Notes: generated by a model from the sequence alone, not told the origin. Counted from the first letter of the stretch, positions 12,849-27,013 are shown. The stretch: DNA of 64,000 nt from Amoebophrya sp. A120 (GCA_905178155.1 CAJINV010000003.1:3379600-3443599), one strand, 5' to 3'. Program-made: numbers and translations.

Positions 12849-13437
12849 CTGGACCTATCTAAACATGTTCGTGTTGTACCAGCTACAGGTAGTAAATAAC
12901 GGCAAAAACGAGGCGCATCTAGATGAAGAAAATCTACCCATACGACATAATTAGGATTGACACAAACTTTCATCTTATACAAAAAGTAACTAAGTACAAT
13001 GAAAATACCTCTTCAGTTCGTTCGAAACAGCTGTCGGCGAGGTTTCGTTTAGCAACATATTCCACAAATTGTTGCTGCTCCGAGGGCTCCGAGAGGAATC
13101 CTCATCTTCGTCGTCTTCGAAATCATTCTCAGACTCGCTTTGAAAATTCTCTTGCAACTCCTGAAGACGGTCCGGATGTTCATCACAACCTGTTTTCAGA
13201 AGCAGACTTTGGTACACCATTCGATATCGCTTCATCAGGTCTCGAACTCGATAAGGAAGTGTCTTGGTCTGATGCTGATTCAATATCAATTGTTCTGAAA
13301 ATGTATGATGCTTTGCTGTAGTTGCTTGCACAAAGTTGAACTACAACTCCAGCGCATCATCATATGGTATAGCAGTATCTCTATTTGATGTGATGTTGAA
13401 AGAAAGAACGCTATGAGAACAAATATCAGAATTCAAT

Positions 13438-16400
13438 TTAAGTAGTAATACTCGCGCTTCTTCTTGGCGGCAGCTGAATCTCGTCGTTCAAAAACGTTGT
13501 TTCCACGACCACGGGGGCATCACGAGACGTTGTCTTTTTCTCCGACACGACGTTACCGTCCAAAATTGGATCGTCGAAGTTTTGCTGCGCATTCCGAAAG
13601 TGAAAGCTTTGGCTTTGCTTCTGGTGTTCCGTGATTGGTCGTGGAGCGCCGGGGGGGAGGGTGAATGGCACTGGCATTTCCGGCACGAAAAATGTACGAG
13701 CTGCCACGACCCCCTCCGGAGCGCCGTCGAGTTCTTGTTCGCGAGCCCGCATCTTTTCCAGTTCCTCCGCGTAGTTCCAGGTAGTTGGCTTCCCAATGAG
13801 CACGCGTTGCAGGTAATACAAGTCCTGGACGGTGTGCACCTGTTGCAGCATCTTCAGTGCAGCACAGTTTTTCTTCTCTGGCGCCAGCTCCTGGAACTTT
13901 CTGGCCTCCTCAGAAATCGCGTTCTGCAGCACCAGAACCTGTGGCCGTCTTGTTTTCGACGACATGTTAGAGAGCACATGGGGCGGGGTTGCGCCGTCCA
14001 TCAGATCTTGGTCACTTTCGAAGAGACCCGGCGGAAATGGGATCGGTGCATTTCCATTTGACGTCATGCGCCGGCTCCGGCTGGTCTGCTCGGAAGTAGA
14101 ACTACACGACCCAGATAAGGAACAAGACCACGGGACGAGGTGGTCAATGGGAGCGGACTCGTCGAGGACATGATCCAGACGAGCAGGAACCCCTTCGTCG
14201 TCACCACCTCCTAGTGCAGTGTCGCTCTCCTCGACTTCGTTACCTAAAGCCGCCCATCGAAACGCAGCGCAGTCCTGCAAGTAATGCTCGGGGGGTAGCA
14301 AATCCAAATTACGTTCCTGGTTCGCGTTCCACCGTTTGAAAGTCTCCGAGAAGTGGTCCCACGGAAGTAGGCAGTGGTGTAGTTCCTGCGCTCCTGGTGG
14401 TCTGCAGCTTGTCGTGCCCAGCGTAGCCGACTTATTTTCGAGGACTTGGTCTCCTTTCACCGAAAACAGACACTCCATCAAATAGTGCACACTCGAGCCT
14501 TGCAGCAACATGTCGTGCTGGGGCGGAGGTGGAGCTGCTCCTGCTCCTGCTCCACCTGGGGCAGAAGGTGGAGCCGCCCGGGGAGTTGCAATCGCGTTCA
14601 ACGCAGCGGTGGTATTCATGTTCGCATCGTATGCCGGTAGCGGATTATACTGCTGCGAATTCTGCTGGTGCGCCAGGCCCGTAACTGGGAGATATTGGTG
14701 GTGCCCCGAATGGTTGTTCGGGTCGTGCAATGGAGAAGCTGCAACCGCATTCGGATGAGCGGTCATGAGTGCTGTGTTCGCAGCGTCATTTGCGGACGAT
14801 GGAGCAACGGTGATGTTGCCCATTCCGCTTGCAGGACGTGGAATATCGAATCTGGAATGCGCCAGGTCAAAACTGCTCTGAAGAAGGTGCGCGGGCGGCT
14901 GCTGAAGATGCTCCGGCACCACGAAAGCGTCTCCTGCCGACGGCGCGGAACAAGGACCACCTCTAGGGGGCGCGAGGTGGTGGATTTGATTCCCCGCACC
15001 CGGAGGCGAAACCAATGGCAGGCCCGTGGCGGCGAGCGAATTTAGGCCGTGTTCGTGCAAGTGGCGGTGCGCCGCGTGATGGTGCGGAGGGACAGAAGCG
15101 GAGGATCCGCTTGCGCCATGATGTTGGTACACGCCAGCTGTGTACAAACTGTGACTCGGATGTTGTTCCATATGGTGGAACTGTTGCATGGGATGCCGGC
15201 CAGGATCATACGGCCCTCGCGGTGACGCAAACATGGTATAAACGTCGAGGTCCGCGGTTGAAGCCTGGTGCGAAGAGAGACATGAGAAGTACAGGCACTA
15301 CGGACGAGTCAACAAACAGAGACATGAGTACTACAAGGAAGTACAATTACAAAGCGTCAAACTACATTGTCTTTGTCATAGATGCATATAAAAAAGTTGT
15401 ACCATTTTCGATTGATTTGGGTCGTAAGTAGCTTGGTGGTGGTGTTCCGGGTGAATGTGGTTGACGTGCTGTCGTGGGGCGGTCGTGAAGAAACCCAGCT
15501 TGCTCGGAGCCCACCCATCTGTCGTTGCTTGAGGATACATGTGGTGCGACGGCGGGGCGCTGTGAGCGGCCATGGCATGATGGTTTTGATGCGCAAAGTG
15601 GAGAGCAGGGTGGTGGTGCTGTGCGCGAGGCGCCCCAACTTGTTGTTCCCACTCGTGCTGGTGAAGGTGCGACAGTGGAGCCGGTGGTCTACAACTCGGT
15701 CTCAGAACAACAGAATGCTGATCAACCCCGCCAAAGGGCTGCTGGTCGTGATCGTCCTGAGAGCAGAGCTCGTCGCTCCCATCGTGCGGCGGAGGAAATG
15801 GCGGCGGAGGTGGGGTCTCGTCCCCATCTTCGAGCACAGGAGCCGGATCGACGTCCGCTCTATTGCCGTAAGATGAGCTGTTGGGTTGTACCAACATATT
15901 ATGGCTCAAAATATTCGGTTTGTTGTCGGTGCAGGCGGACGGCTTGTTGTGTATTTGTTCAAGAACAACGACTGGTGCTGCCATCAGTGGTTGCACATCA
16001 TTGCTGTAGTTCTTGATGCTGTGCATTATTGCGCTCCTTGGGGGTCCTCTTGAAGAAGACACGACGCGACCCATAGGGTCGTGTCGATGGTCGTGGGGGT
16101 GCTTGCTCTGCTGTGGAACTACGGAGAGTGCCGCTGAATTGCGGCCAGCACCCGCGAATGGAGGTCCAACTAGGTTGTAGCTTCGGTTTATTTCCCGGTG
16201 CTCCACCTCACCGCCGAAGTGCTCCTGAACTTCTACCGGTGGCGCAGTACCAAGTAGTGAAGATGTGCTACTAGTTGTACCGGACGACCTGGTGCCATGG
16301 CCAAGTTCAAGCTCGCCGGAGGACGGCGCGAAGCCAGACTGCCCGTAGTTGTTGGTTACCACGGTGGGCCGCCCCCTACGCGGATGTTGCTCGCCTTCTT

Positions 16401-19400
16401 GTGTTGCTGTTGAGAGGTGGCCACAGGTGGCGGGGTTTTCTTTGCTGTCTGTAGGTTTCTGCTCATCTTCCCGGACAGTAGTTTGGGTTTTCGTTCCTTC
16501 ATTTTGACGACCAGCGAATAGATTTTGATGATGATAATGATGGTCGACACGGAATTTGTCCGCTTGCTTGCTTGACGATTTGTCGACTGCGCCGATGATC
16601 ATGTCGCCATCAGCTGGGACGAAGTGGCGTGAGGACGCGGCCGCTCCAGGTGCAACTGCGTGCTGTGCCAGTTGCGCGCCGCTCATCTTCATTTTGTGAT
16701 TTTTCTCGTGGACGAGGCCCGCACTTCTACTAGTTGTACAACTGCTCGCGCTGCCAGCACTGCATTTATTTGCAATTATGCTGCTTGCTCCATCCTCGTT
16801 CGCTGTCAGGAGTCCGCCCTCAACCCGATTCACTTCTTTCAGATGTTGCGGCACCTCCGTCTGCAATTCTAGCTCTAGGTGGCGACTGCTCACACCTTTC
16901 CCCCGGCCTGCATTCCAGTTTTTCGCTGCTGTGCCATTACGCTCGAAGATCGAGGAGGCAGGTGGCGACTGATGCCCTGACACCGAGGACGCGGATGCCT
17001 GACGGCCACGGCCACCCTTGTTTGTAGTGTCGTGCGCCGATTCGATTGATGGCCTACTTGTTGTGTTTGACGGTTCTTCGTTCTTCTGTTCATTTTCAGA
17101 TGATGCAGATGAGCATGTTGCAGGTCCTGTCTTTTCGCTCTCGTGCACTGCAGCAAAGGCGCTAGCCGCATCTACTCCAGGCCGGTACTTATATCCATTG
17201 GACCGATTCCGATTCCTCGTCTGCGCGTCTACCGCACGGAGCGAAGCGCGGCCTTTCCCGTCGTTCGGTCTCCCCAGCAACGTTTTGTGCCATGGACTTG
17301 GCGCACTGATGGTGAAGTTTCAATCTCTATTTGTTTTTTTTGGTCGCGAGTCGAAACACCAAATGAAGATTTGATTTTCTGAACAGTTCAATCACGAATA
17401 ACAGTAGATGCATGATGAAAATATTCCTCAGAAAGTAGAGTGAGAAGTTGATGCACCAAGCCATACCTTCCTGAAAGTCCCTCGCTGGAAGCGATTGTAG
17501 CCCCGGATCCTCCCTTTGCGCCACGTTTGTTCACTTTGGTCTCCCTCTCCGCTTGATGTTCGTTATCGTTGTCCTCCACGGAACTACGTGCAGACGCGGT
17601 TGTGAAATAAGGTTGCCCAGATACCAAGAAGGCGGTGTGGTCGGCTTCGTACTGAGTTCTTCTTGTAGAGGAAGACGACTGCTCCTGCTCGATGGGCTCC
17701 TCTTGATGAGGAGGCGCAGGGCTGCGAGCGTCTGAAGCTTTGTGCACCGTGCTGGCGCCACCTGCTCGTATCTTATCCACGGTAGACGAAGGAGCCTCCA
17801 CCGATGCAGCGACGCGTGGAAAAATCGTCGTCGACGTAGCCGATGCTGCAGGCCGACAATGAGGATCACCGGAAGAAGTGGTGCCTGCAAGGCCGGTTGC
17901 TGCGCACGACTGCCTTCCTGTACCACGTGCTGCCAGATGCGCGGGAGTTGCAGCAGCATGAACGTCGACATTTTTCCGATTGTCTCCCCGGTATCGAATG
18001 CAAGAATGTCATGAGGGTCTGGAATATTGCAACTTGCGATGCGCAGTGTGGACTAGACAAAACTCTGTCTTGCATGATAGGCACCAAAAATGACCTTACA
18101 CTTTTTCTCACTAACTACAGGCTACGCATGAAAACGCCTGCATCGCGGATCTTGTCATGACCAGGCTGTGCGTGCATTTCAGACTTTGACCTTGTTCTTG
18201 CAGGCCCAGAAGATGCAGGATACGTGTGTAGACCTCCCAGACATTTAATTTGCATTCCATAGCCGGACAGAGGACCGCGGGAACCTGCAAGCGGAGGCGG
18301 CCGCCGCTGGTGCTCCGTATCGGTGAGCCAGCTGTTGTGCCCCTGGGGCGAAATCAGCATTCTCGTCGGGGCCCCTTCGGCGCTGCGCATCTTCGTTTTG
18401 CGTCTCGTCGGTGCTGCGCATCTGATCTGGAATTTGGTCCTCCGAGGAGGGGCCGCCGTCGGTCAGTGTAGCCGCACAATTAGAACGCGGCTTCTGAAAA
18501 TGGTCTCGCGTTATGCTCAAAAGGGACGGAGGCGGTAGTTGCCCGTAGTTCACATGTTGAACACCATGTGTCTGGGGGTACAAGGACATCCTGATTGATG
18601 AATCAGCAGGGAAATTGCGATATAATTGGGAAGAAGCACTTGTTCTTTTTGTGTTGGTCCTCGTGTCATCCTGCCGCGCATCCTCTACTACTTCTTCGTG
18701 GTGCTGGTGTCTGCCTGAAGATAGGGACGTAGAAGTATTCATCTGGTAGCTTCCTCGCTGCTGGTTTTGACGTCCGGCGGTCCGGGGCGGGTCGGGGTGG
18801 CGGGAGCTGTCGCTTTGATACTGAAAAGGATGCTCATGAGTTTGGACGTTGTAGTAGTCCTGCTGGTCTCGGTCTCGTACCCCATACGAATTCTGCTGGG
18901 CAGTGTAGTGAGCATTGAGAAAAGCACTGGCACTTTCTCGGAATATTAAACGACTCGCCTCCGCAGCCGGTCGTGTGGAACAGGTATCGGCACCCACGAC
19001 CACGGCCTCCGTATGATCCGAGAAGCTGCCGGGACGACCATTTGGCATTGCAGGGTCAATAAAACCTCCTGTAACTACATCACCCGACAACTGTTGATGA
19101 TTTCCATTTGTTCCCAGAGCAGGAGCCCTCACCAGGACATTCGCACGTGATCGATCGACAAGGTCATCATGGCTGTACGGATCTTGCTTATAGCTGCGCC
19201 CGCTTCGAGTTCGATTGACAGAAGAGGCGGCCGCACCATGATCGCCAGTCTGAGCAGGACCCTGAGAACTACAAATGGACGCATTTTTCGTAACCCTCAG
19301 GCTTTCAACGAAGTCCTGGTCATCTGCTTCCTTCTCCGCGGCCTCATTGACACCATCGTACTTGTGTTTCACTCCGCCACGGTTTAGAAAATCGTAGTCC

Positions 19401-19534
19401 GGCGGCATGTTCCGAAGCTGGTCGTCTAGCAGGACCGATATCACACAGAAAAAAGCTAGTACCGCACCATAGAAATCTTCATGTGTACTGAATACAAATA
19501 GCACTGCGAACGAAAAATGGAAAAAATTCGCCAC
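13438..19534 (-). CDS. Very large His/Gln/Ser/Pro-rich low-complexity protein, multi-exon, function unknown
   Basis: Four long minus ORFs (18245..19534, ~17388..17990, 15376..17280, 13438..15234) join in frame through element 17992-18261 (SSVR-GDNRK) and two GT-AG introns (~17465..17310 and ~15401..15265). Confidence 0.7.
17992..18261. mobile_element. Degenerate TIR introner, family A-like (270 bp)
   Basis: Ends TATCGAATGCAAGAATGTCATGAGGGTCTGGAA ... CCCAGACATTTAATTTGCATTCCATA. Flanks CCCGG / GCCGG (4 of 5 match). Removing 275 bp restores the frame. Confidence 0.82.
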
Positions 19535-19665
19535 GGGCGAGCGCGGCTCAGCATGCTGTCTAGGAGACTGCGCATTATACCCATAGCACCCTTTGGCGTG
19601 TATTTATTGTTGCGCGTCGCAAGTAGTGACACTAGTACTTGAAGTACAACCATGACATACTAGTG

Positions 19666-22600
19666 CTACTTGGCTTCCTTCTGCGGCATAACCGATGCGC
19701 TGCCCCGGTCTCGGTTTCGTTTGCTCATGGCCTGCAAGCTCCTTTTGTGCTGCTGCTGCCCTAGCCAACACATCTGGTCAACAGAAGCTGGATGATACGT
19801 TTTTGCCCCGGGTATCAAAGACCTCCTTGATGTTGCAGAATTCCTACCAAAATTACTGCTGGTCGTGCTACTTTGGTATTGGTGATGAAGCAGGTTTTTG
19901 ACGCCTTCACCATTGTGCCATTCCACTTTGAAGATGTTCTTCACTGCTTCGCTGCGCTGACCACTGCTTATTTGTTGAGAAGTGGAAAAAGAAGCACCGT
20001 TCTTGTAGGCACAGTGATTTTTGCTAGTATTTGGACCACCACCTCCCGCTGTCCCTGTTGTGGCGTTCGCCTGTTGCGGCGGCTCATAGGGTGCTCGTGC
20101 TTCTCCTCTGTCGGAATTGTGATAGTACAACTCATGTTGAGTGGTCTTTTTCGTGTTCGAGGCAGAGGTACTATTATTTCTAGTTTTCTTACTGCCTTTG
20201 GCGTTTGTTCCGTGAGAAGTTGCAAAGCTCTGTGTTCCTGCCGCCGCTGATGCGCTGCACGTGGTAGAAGTGTGTTGACCACCAGTAGTATGAGTTTTTG
20301 ATGATCTGCTGCTGGGGCGACAAGAGCCTCTAGTACCTCCGGCCGTCTCTACTCTGGAGGTGGTCATGGGGCGCTCGTCGACAGCTTTTGGATCATCTGG
20401 CAGCTGCCCGGGAGCAGCGGAAGGAGCGTGTAGTTGGCGGACACCAGCATGCTGTTCCTGATCCACCCCGTGGCCGTCAACAACATGCGGAAATGTAGTA
20501 GAACTAGAACTTGTGTAGTTTTTCGCCCGGCGAGAGGCAGAGCTGTGAGAAGTCCTCTCCTCGTCGTCATCGCCAGGCACGTGGTCCTCGTGGTCCTCCT
20601 CGTCGTCCTCGGCCTCGTTCACGTTCCGAAAGCGCGTCACACGCTTTGCTTTTCGATTTTTGCTTGTTTGCTGTGCCACGGTGCGAGAAGATGAATGCGC
20701 ACTAGAAGTTTCTTGTTCATGATCCCTCGACGTCCAGCTCGCCGATCCAGGGATGTGGTGCTGGCTTGTTTCAACAGCAGCTGCAGCTTTGCTTTGATGA
20801 TTCCCGGTAGAAGTTGTGGCAGCGGTAGCGGACGTTTTAGTAGATACTAACAGCTGGTGTTCCACATCTACTCGGCTGCGAGAATCTACTTCCGAGTTTA
20901 GCTGGTAATTTTTTCCCACAGTAGGAGATGGATTCATTTCATGTGGTGTCGGCCGCTGTTCCGGTTCATCGGGCCGGCCGCGAGGTTTCTTCTCATCTCT
21001 TGGAAGAGTTGGAAGGTCCTCAGGACGATTATGATTCATCGTGGTCAACATCATCTCCCGTGGCGCAGAAATATTTGTGGTAATCTGGACACAATCGGTG
21101 GTACCAGTTCGGTCCATAATTCCAAACGCCGAAGATGTGCTGCGTGCGGACTTGCGATGGTTGTGGTCGTTTTTCCACTCATCGTCGTGATGCCCATGTT
21201 GATCAACATCGGCAGGAGCACTACTTCTCCCGGTGGTGTAGTGACCGACGCTCTGAATAGTCACACCGTAGTCGGTATCCGCTGCAAAAGTTGTATCGCA
21301 CTCTAAGAAGTACTAATTGCACAGTACTGCATGCTGCGTGCTTTCTTTGATGAATCCACATCACACATTGCACTTTTTTTCCTTCTGGAGCTGTTTGTAA
21401 ATTATAGAGTCTCATGTAGTTGTTGTATTCTTGCAATTCTAGTTCTGAATGCGATACTTACTTTTGCATTGCCTAGTCGTCGTACAACACTTGCTCCTGC
21501 TCGGACTTTGTCTTGTTCAAGTAGGTATCAGCGGTGCCCTTGTTCCTAGCTTTATTTCCGGACGACGAACAAGATGTCGTCCATGTTACATCCTTGTGAT
21601 CCTTCGGGTAGTTCGTGTAAGGGTTCGGCGTCGCATGCGACGAAGTACTATTATTTGTACGTGATGTGTTGCTGCTTCGCGGAATATTTTTATGGTCGTA
21701 AGTGCTCATCGCCAGTTTGTTTTCATTTTCACCGCGTTTGGAGGCAGTGGTGGTCCTCGTGAGTTCGTGTTCTGGTGCGCCGTGCTTCTTTTTTTCTCGA
21801 TCACGACGGGAAGAGGTTCTTGTAGAAGTTGTCTTACTAGCCTCCAACAGCTCCACAGCAGGTTGTACTACACCAGCATCCTCCATCCACTCCACCTCTC
21901 GGTTGTACTGATGTCGCGCGCTCCTCCTGGTGTATTCTTCAGTTGATGCGTGACCCGGAGGACGACGGTGCTCAACCACGACGTGGCCTTCGTCTACAAT
22001 ATCGGTGTAAGTTGAAGCTCTACTTCCGACGATTTCATCGTAACGGTTCCCGAGAAGTGCTTTATTTCGCAGAGCAGGAGAACTTTTCCTGGGCGCGGCG
22101 TTGTGGTCTACTCCCGAGAATGTTGCCCTCCTAGCCTTGGCGTGCCGGTCTTCTCCTTCTTGTTGCGCACCACCAGCACCTTCATCGCCGTCGTCCTCAG
22201 GTGGTTCGTCTGTGGCGCCTGCTCCTGCGCACAACTCATCGGCGACGTACTTGTTGGAGGAGCTGTTGTGCTTATGTTGCAGCCGGGTTGTACTTGTATT
22301 ATGAGCCGTCGCGTCCTTTTTGGGGCCGTTCCCGTTGGCAAGATAAATATTATGGTCACCATGACGATTGCTTCCGGCAGACCTGCAAGTAGATGAGCTT
22401 GGGTTTGGTCGTGAAGCGGCCGACTCATGATCCCACTCTACCCGAGCAGAATCATGGGATCCCGATTTATTTGCTGCGACCGGTCGTGAAATGTTACGCG
22501 TTGCATTTCCCGAAGCAGAAGACCACGAGTTGGAGGAAAATGATGAAGACGCGGGATTGTTCTTTTTGCTCCCAGGAGCGCGCCGACGACTTTTAATATT

Positions 22601-23464
22601 ACTCGGCGCAACTTCTTCTACCACGTCCGCAGTATTGCTTCTGGTACTACTGTCCGGCTGGAAATGTTGAAACCCGCCTCCCCCGCTCGATGTAGCTCTA
22701 GCTGCTATTCCAGCGGCGATTGATGTTTCGCCTGAGAGTTGAGGTGGAGCAGCACTTCTGCTGGTCGTGTCCTCCTGCGGATGATGTGCTCGATTTTTAC
22801 GAATATTGCCTTTTTTCATAAGAATTTTTGCTGCCGACGTGTCCCGGCTGTGGATGTGGTCTGATTCCAATTTCGAAGGCATTGATGACCTAGCTGCAGA
22901 ATTGTAGTTGTAAGAAGTACAAGAACTGCTAACTGGTTCTCCATAAAGATCCAATAGACCGCCACCGTAGCTTGCTACTCGTGTATCCGGATCGTGACGA
23001 AGAATGAGGGCTGGCGGAGGTGCAAATTTTTTCGAAACCTCTGAAGAAAGCAGATGTTGCTCGTGCTGCTGTAGCAGTTCTGTGCCGGTTCTTTGATGTA
23101 GTTCACTTGCAGTTGCAGTCAAGAACGCGGACTGGTCATGGTTGTGGTAATGCCCTAGTAGCTGTAGTTGATCTTCCTTTCGCCGCGTTGCGGCGGCATC
23201 CTTGCTGTGGTCATCTCCATGATCCTCACAATGCTCCCTGCTTTTGCAATGTTGCACATCATACGCGGCAGGACTGCTGCCGCTATTTGACGTAGGTGCT
23301 ACCACACCTCCCGGAGTAATATTGCGTTTAGACGTTACCCGTGTAGTCTGTTTTGGACGCCAGGACTTCACTGGCTGCTGCTGATGGTGTGCGTGTTGGT
23401 GGTGTTGCATATTCTTGCTTTGCGTTCGCCGAGGTCCGGTGTTCTGATACTCGACCGGTGCCAT
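19666..23464 (-). CDS. Long Ser/Thr/His-rich disordered coding exons; probably one gene and possibly the 5' part of the 13438-19534 gene
   Basis: ORFs 21473..23464 (663 aa) and 19666..21264 (532 aa) are on the same strand, have similar composition and are separated by intron-sized AT-rich gaps. No recognisable domain. Confidence 0.6.
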
Positions 23465-24309
23465 TCTGAGCTAGAGAGCAAGAATCTCAACTCAACCTAC
23501 AAGTTGTTTTGTGTTCGCGCGGCCCGATCTATCATCATCCAGTGGAAGTGGTCGACCCAACTGGAGGCTGTGCTGGTGGAGAAAATGCCAGAGCAGGATG
23601 TCAAGAGAGAGATTGGAGCTGCAGTTTTCAAGTTGATGAACGAGCAAAAGCGGTACTATTTTTCCGTTGTTGTCAACATCAACAACTTGTTTATGCGCGT
23701 CAGGACACGGATGTACGGTTCGCAATCGCATCGCAGCGGGAGCAGCTGATGGTGGTTTTTTCTCTGATCGTGAGCAGTTCTCTTCGTTTTTCGTTCTTCC
23801 CTCTCTGTCTCCAATAGCTGCTCCACTCGGCAGGTGCAGTTCACTGCGTCTGCAGCTGCAGCTAAAGGTGTTCTGTTACTGCTGATTTCGAGGCAGGAGG
23901 AGGAGGCACGACAAAAAACAACGCGCTGACGATCATGCGTTGTCAGGTCTAGCAGGCTTCTTGTTGCATCGATCGGAGGAAAGCCAGAAACTATAGCTCG
24001 GTCCGACGTTTCTGGGTTTCTTTCCTTGATGAAAAAGATTAACCGGCACAACAATTAGTCAGTCCATTGATGCAGGCGTGACAAGGATTATTATACGCCT
24101 ATGCAGCCGATTTTCACGACCAACGACGGAGCCTCTACTTCCTCTTCAATGCGAGACCGCACACCACCGCGTCAAAAGAAAGGTACATAATCCCGTCACG
24201 ACACGAGAAGATGGAGACTTCATCTTTATTTGGGTAAATACAAAGAAACGAACTACACAACTTGTTTTTCTTTTTTAAGACTACAATATCAAGATCAACT
24301 TGTTTCTTA

Positions 24310-24794
24310 GAATATAGTAACAGGGAACCTCGACGTGACCGGGGGGGTCACGTCCATCCGTCCGGCCGGACGGACGGCACGTGACCGGGGGTAGTCCGGC
24401 CTCGGGGCGAGTTCGGCGCTGAATGCCGCAGCAACTTTGGCCCTCGGTAGCTAGAAGCCCCCGGCCGCGTCACCGACGGCGGACCAGGGGCAAGAGTCGT
24501 GCCTTTTTCCGTGAAAGACCGAACTCATGACCTTTTTTTTTTTAGTTGGGCGCCCGAGCTAGCTTACAGCCCCCGGCCGCGTGACCGGGGGCGGAGCGTG
24601 ACGAAGAGAGGCAGTTCTTCAGTGAAGGACCGAGCTCATGACCTTTTTTTTTTTTTTTAGTTGCCCGGGCGCGCATTCCACCGCGGCCACCACCTCCCAG
24701 CGCCACGACCGACCCCCGGTCACGTGCCGTCCGTCCGGCCGGCCGGACGGACGTGACCCCCCCGGTCACGTCTAGATTCCTTGTTACCCTATTC
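24310..24794. mobile_element. GC-rich MITE with ~83-bp TIRs and TTA TSD (PIF/Harbinger, Tourist-like), 485 bp
   Basis: The left end GAATATAGTAACAGGGAACCTCGACGTGACCGGGGGGGTCACGTCC...GTGACCGGGGGT matches the reverse complement of ~24712-24794. TTA at 24307-24309 and 24795-24797. Confidence 0.85.
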
Positions 24795-26158
24795 TTAGAG
24801 TTAGACTGATTTTTATCTAAAGCACTTATTTCACTATCTCTATCTCCGAAAGAGTTCCTATTACCGAGTGAAAAAAAAATTCTTTGTTGACGCTTCTTGT
24901 CCCTGCAGACTTCTTCCGCAAACACTTCTACATCGGTAAAGTATACAAGTGATGCGACTAAAGATAATACGCAGACTGCAAATGAACAGTCCTCCGGGCA
25001 GTCGGCGTGCGGTCGCTTTTTCGGAACGTGAAGCAAGAAAGAAACACTGATTCCAGTCTTTCGCAAGAAAGCTGGACGAGACAAAGGGCTAGTAGCACAT
25101 CATCATGCAAGTAGGTGATACATCAGATAGAAGATTAACGGAGGAATCAAAATTTCCGAAAACGTCCTGTGTGAATAAAGTGGCGGCCTCACCGCGTCGC
25201 GAATCGCCTTTTTTCTTGATAGGTGTCGATGTCGATAATACCGTGAAGTAAGTCTACATGCGTCGAGAGGGAAACTATAAGTTTAAGAAGTACTAAGCAA
25301 CGTCAATCGAAATTGGATCTGTGCAGAAACTACCAGCGCCGGAAATTGCTCCGATCTCGTTTTTGCAACATCACAAATCGAACAGAACCTTCCAGAGGAG
25401 TTGGGAAAAACACTGCGGCTTTTCGACAACAACGAGCGCTGTAGGCCATTAATCCCAATCAACTTTCCTCGAAACAAGAGCCTGGTACGGATACAGGTCG
25501 GCGGCAGTATCGTATATACAGTTGCAGGTAGTCGTGCTTATACTTCTTTTTGTGATTTTTAATGACGCGTTGCACTTGGACATACCTCCAGGAACTACGA
25601 AGGGTACACGCGATGTTTTTGAAATGCTTTTTGGCATCCCTCATTTTTCATTACCCACTTAATTTTAATATTAATTCCTTACAAGGGCAGTGTGCATTTT
25701 TAAGTATATTGTCAAATCGAAACATACACCAGAAGCGAAAGTTTATAACTATGTACTGAAACAACGATCAAGAGAACAACGTGTAGAAGAGAGTAGACCC
25801 ATTTTCTTTCAAATGCAGGTGCTGTTGCGTAGCAAGAAGAACGTGATAGATAAATTTTGAAACTAGTACTTTAGGAGTAAAGACAAGAGTTTATAGTTTT
25901 CTGAAGATGTTGGAGCGCACGGCTTGTCACTCGAGACCGTTTCTGTAGCAAGCATACCATAGGCACAACAAGAAGCAAGAAAGCTAATATTAATTTTTGT
26001 TGGTCGTGTAATATCTTAGGCTCACTACTGAGACACTACTGAGACAGGCTTGTAGGCAGCTGCAGGCTTTTCATTTTTGTTCTGTACAACTTGTTAGCTG
26101 TATTACAAGTCATAGATTTTTGTATTCCTTCCCCGGTTATTTCAGTCTTGATTTACCA

Positions 26159-26767
26159 TCACCGCGACGATAAGCTTGTTCTCCGGGTGCTTCTTCCGGA
26201 TTCCTTTTGATTTGTCTCAGCGACACCCGTGAGGCTTTTCCCGTAGTCCTTTGAGAAGAAGGTGTTCAGGTAGTACAGTGGGCCGCGAATCTGCGTGCTC
26301 AAGCAGGTTTCGCCTGCCAGTTCGGCGCCGCCGTTCGGCAAGGGTATGGATGTGTCAGAATCGAAATTCGCAAAATCAAAAAATTTGTGATGCGTAAAAT
26401 CTAGGGCACGGAAGGCCTGTATTGGGGAACAGGCAAAATAAGAGGCCGATTGTAAGCCTGTTTGGGGGTATAAAATACGCTGCGAGAGTAGCATGACAGG
26501 AGCAGTCTTCTTTCCCCAAACAGCATGACAGACTGGATTTTGGTGCTCCCGAAATTTGTCATGCGACACTTGAAACCTGAGGCGCCAACTGACATCGATT
26601 TTGTGCATCACAAATTTTTCCATTTTGTCAATTTCGATTCTGGCACTCCCATAAAGGGGCCGGGAACTTTACAATCCAATCCTTTTCGCGACTCGTCCCA
26701 AATTTGCTCGGTCCACAGCCGGATCGCCGCTGCGTTTTCCTCGACAATTTTGTCCCGTTGCTCGATT
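26159..26767 (-). CDS. Coding exon(s) interrupted by an introner; part of the upstream kinase gene or a separate small gene
   Basis: Removing 26345-26653 plus one TSD gives IEQRDKIVEENAAAIRLWTEQIWDESRKGLDCKVPGP-LPNGGAELAGETCLSTQIRGPLYYLNTFFSKDY with no stop. Confidence 0.55.
26345..26653. mobile_element. TIR introner, family D (309 bp)
   Basis: Ends TATGGATGTGTCAGAATCGAAATT ... AATTTCGATTCTGGCACTCCCATA (imperfect TIR of ~50 bp). TSD AAGGG at 26340-26344 and 26654-26658. Shares GAGGCCGATTGTAAGCCTGTTTGGGG with 59516-59822. Confidence 0.92.
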
Positions 26768-27013
26768 TATGCAAGAACGCAAGTATGTAGTCCTCAGGGT
26801 CAGTAGTCATGTTGAAACGTTGTGTTCTTTCACAAAGGTTTTTTAAACAATGATAAGGGCGTGGAAGTGTGCTGTCGAGGCTTCACGACCATAGTTGTAT
26901 TCTATTTAATTTTAGCACCCGGAAGGAGCAAAATTACATTTTTCATCTTGGCATGCGTTGCACTTCTTCTCTTTTCAATGATGACACCACTGTCGAAGTA
27001 CTAGCTGGTGCAG

